A DNA stretch of 45,050 nt from Fistulifera solaris (taxonomy: Eukaryota): contig AP026126.1 of NCBI GenBank assembly GCA_030295235.1, forward strand, positions 2,108,001 through 2,153,050, given 5' to 3'. Positions 44,891 to 45,050 of the stretch are shown in pieces; position 1 is the stretch's first letter, and every line of letters begins with the position of its first letter. The notes under the pieces were generated by a model, which saw nothing but the letters and a program-made list of their open reading frames with translations, did not search any database and had not been told where the DNA came from. Both the position numbers and the translations under genes were made by a program.

Positions 44891-45050
44891 TTAGGGTTAG
44901 GGTTAGGGTTAGGGTTAGGGTTAGGGTTAGGGTTAGGGTTAGGGTTAGGGTTAGGGTTAGGGTTAGGGTTAGGGTTAGGGTTAGGGTTAGGGTTAGGGTT
45001 GGGGTTGAGGGTTAGGGTTAGGGTTAGGGTTAGGGTTAGGGTTAGGGTTA
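44888..45050 (+). repeat. Terminal telomere (TTAGGG)n
   Basis: About 27 units to the end of the window, G-rich strand running 5'-3' toward the end; two variant units near 45000. Confidence 0.99.

Overview
Eukaryotic chromosome end. The host is inferred to be a diatom, probably pennate, from compact genes, 67-84 nt GT-AG introns, AF-type bipartite plastid presequences, HSF genes and a TTAGGG telomere. Positions 1-39.4 kb are gene-dense: two heat-shock factors, Pol III subunit RPC3, a bacterial Dld-type D-lactate dehydrogenase, an ISE2/Ski2-like helicase, an internally deleted ABCC transporter, an alpha/beta hydrolase, NOG2, a histidine phosphatase, exportin-7, USP5/UBP14, a GH81 beta-1,3-glucanase and several hypothetical proteins. 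Many genes, including the essential NOG2, carry single-base frameshifts, most likely consensus errors. The last 5.2 kb is a layered subtelomere. In order it contains: a + strand relic of a CRE-like (restriction-like endonuclease, RLE) non-LTR retrotransposon; an 18/17-bp satellite starting 28 nt after its stop codon and alternating with a 7-bp satellite through hairpin-like junctions; a short internal TTAGGG tract; a second, 5'-truncated RLE element on the - strand with its 3' end fused to that tract; and the terminal (TTAGGG)n. The strongest candidate for a new system is a telomere-targeting RLE retrotransposon in a diatom, arranged like fungal MoTeR. All family calls come from motif recognition by eye; no searches were run.
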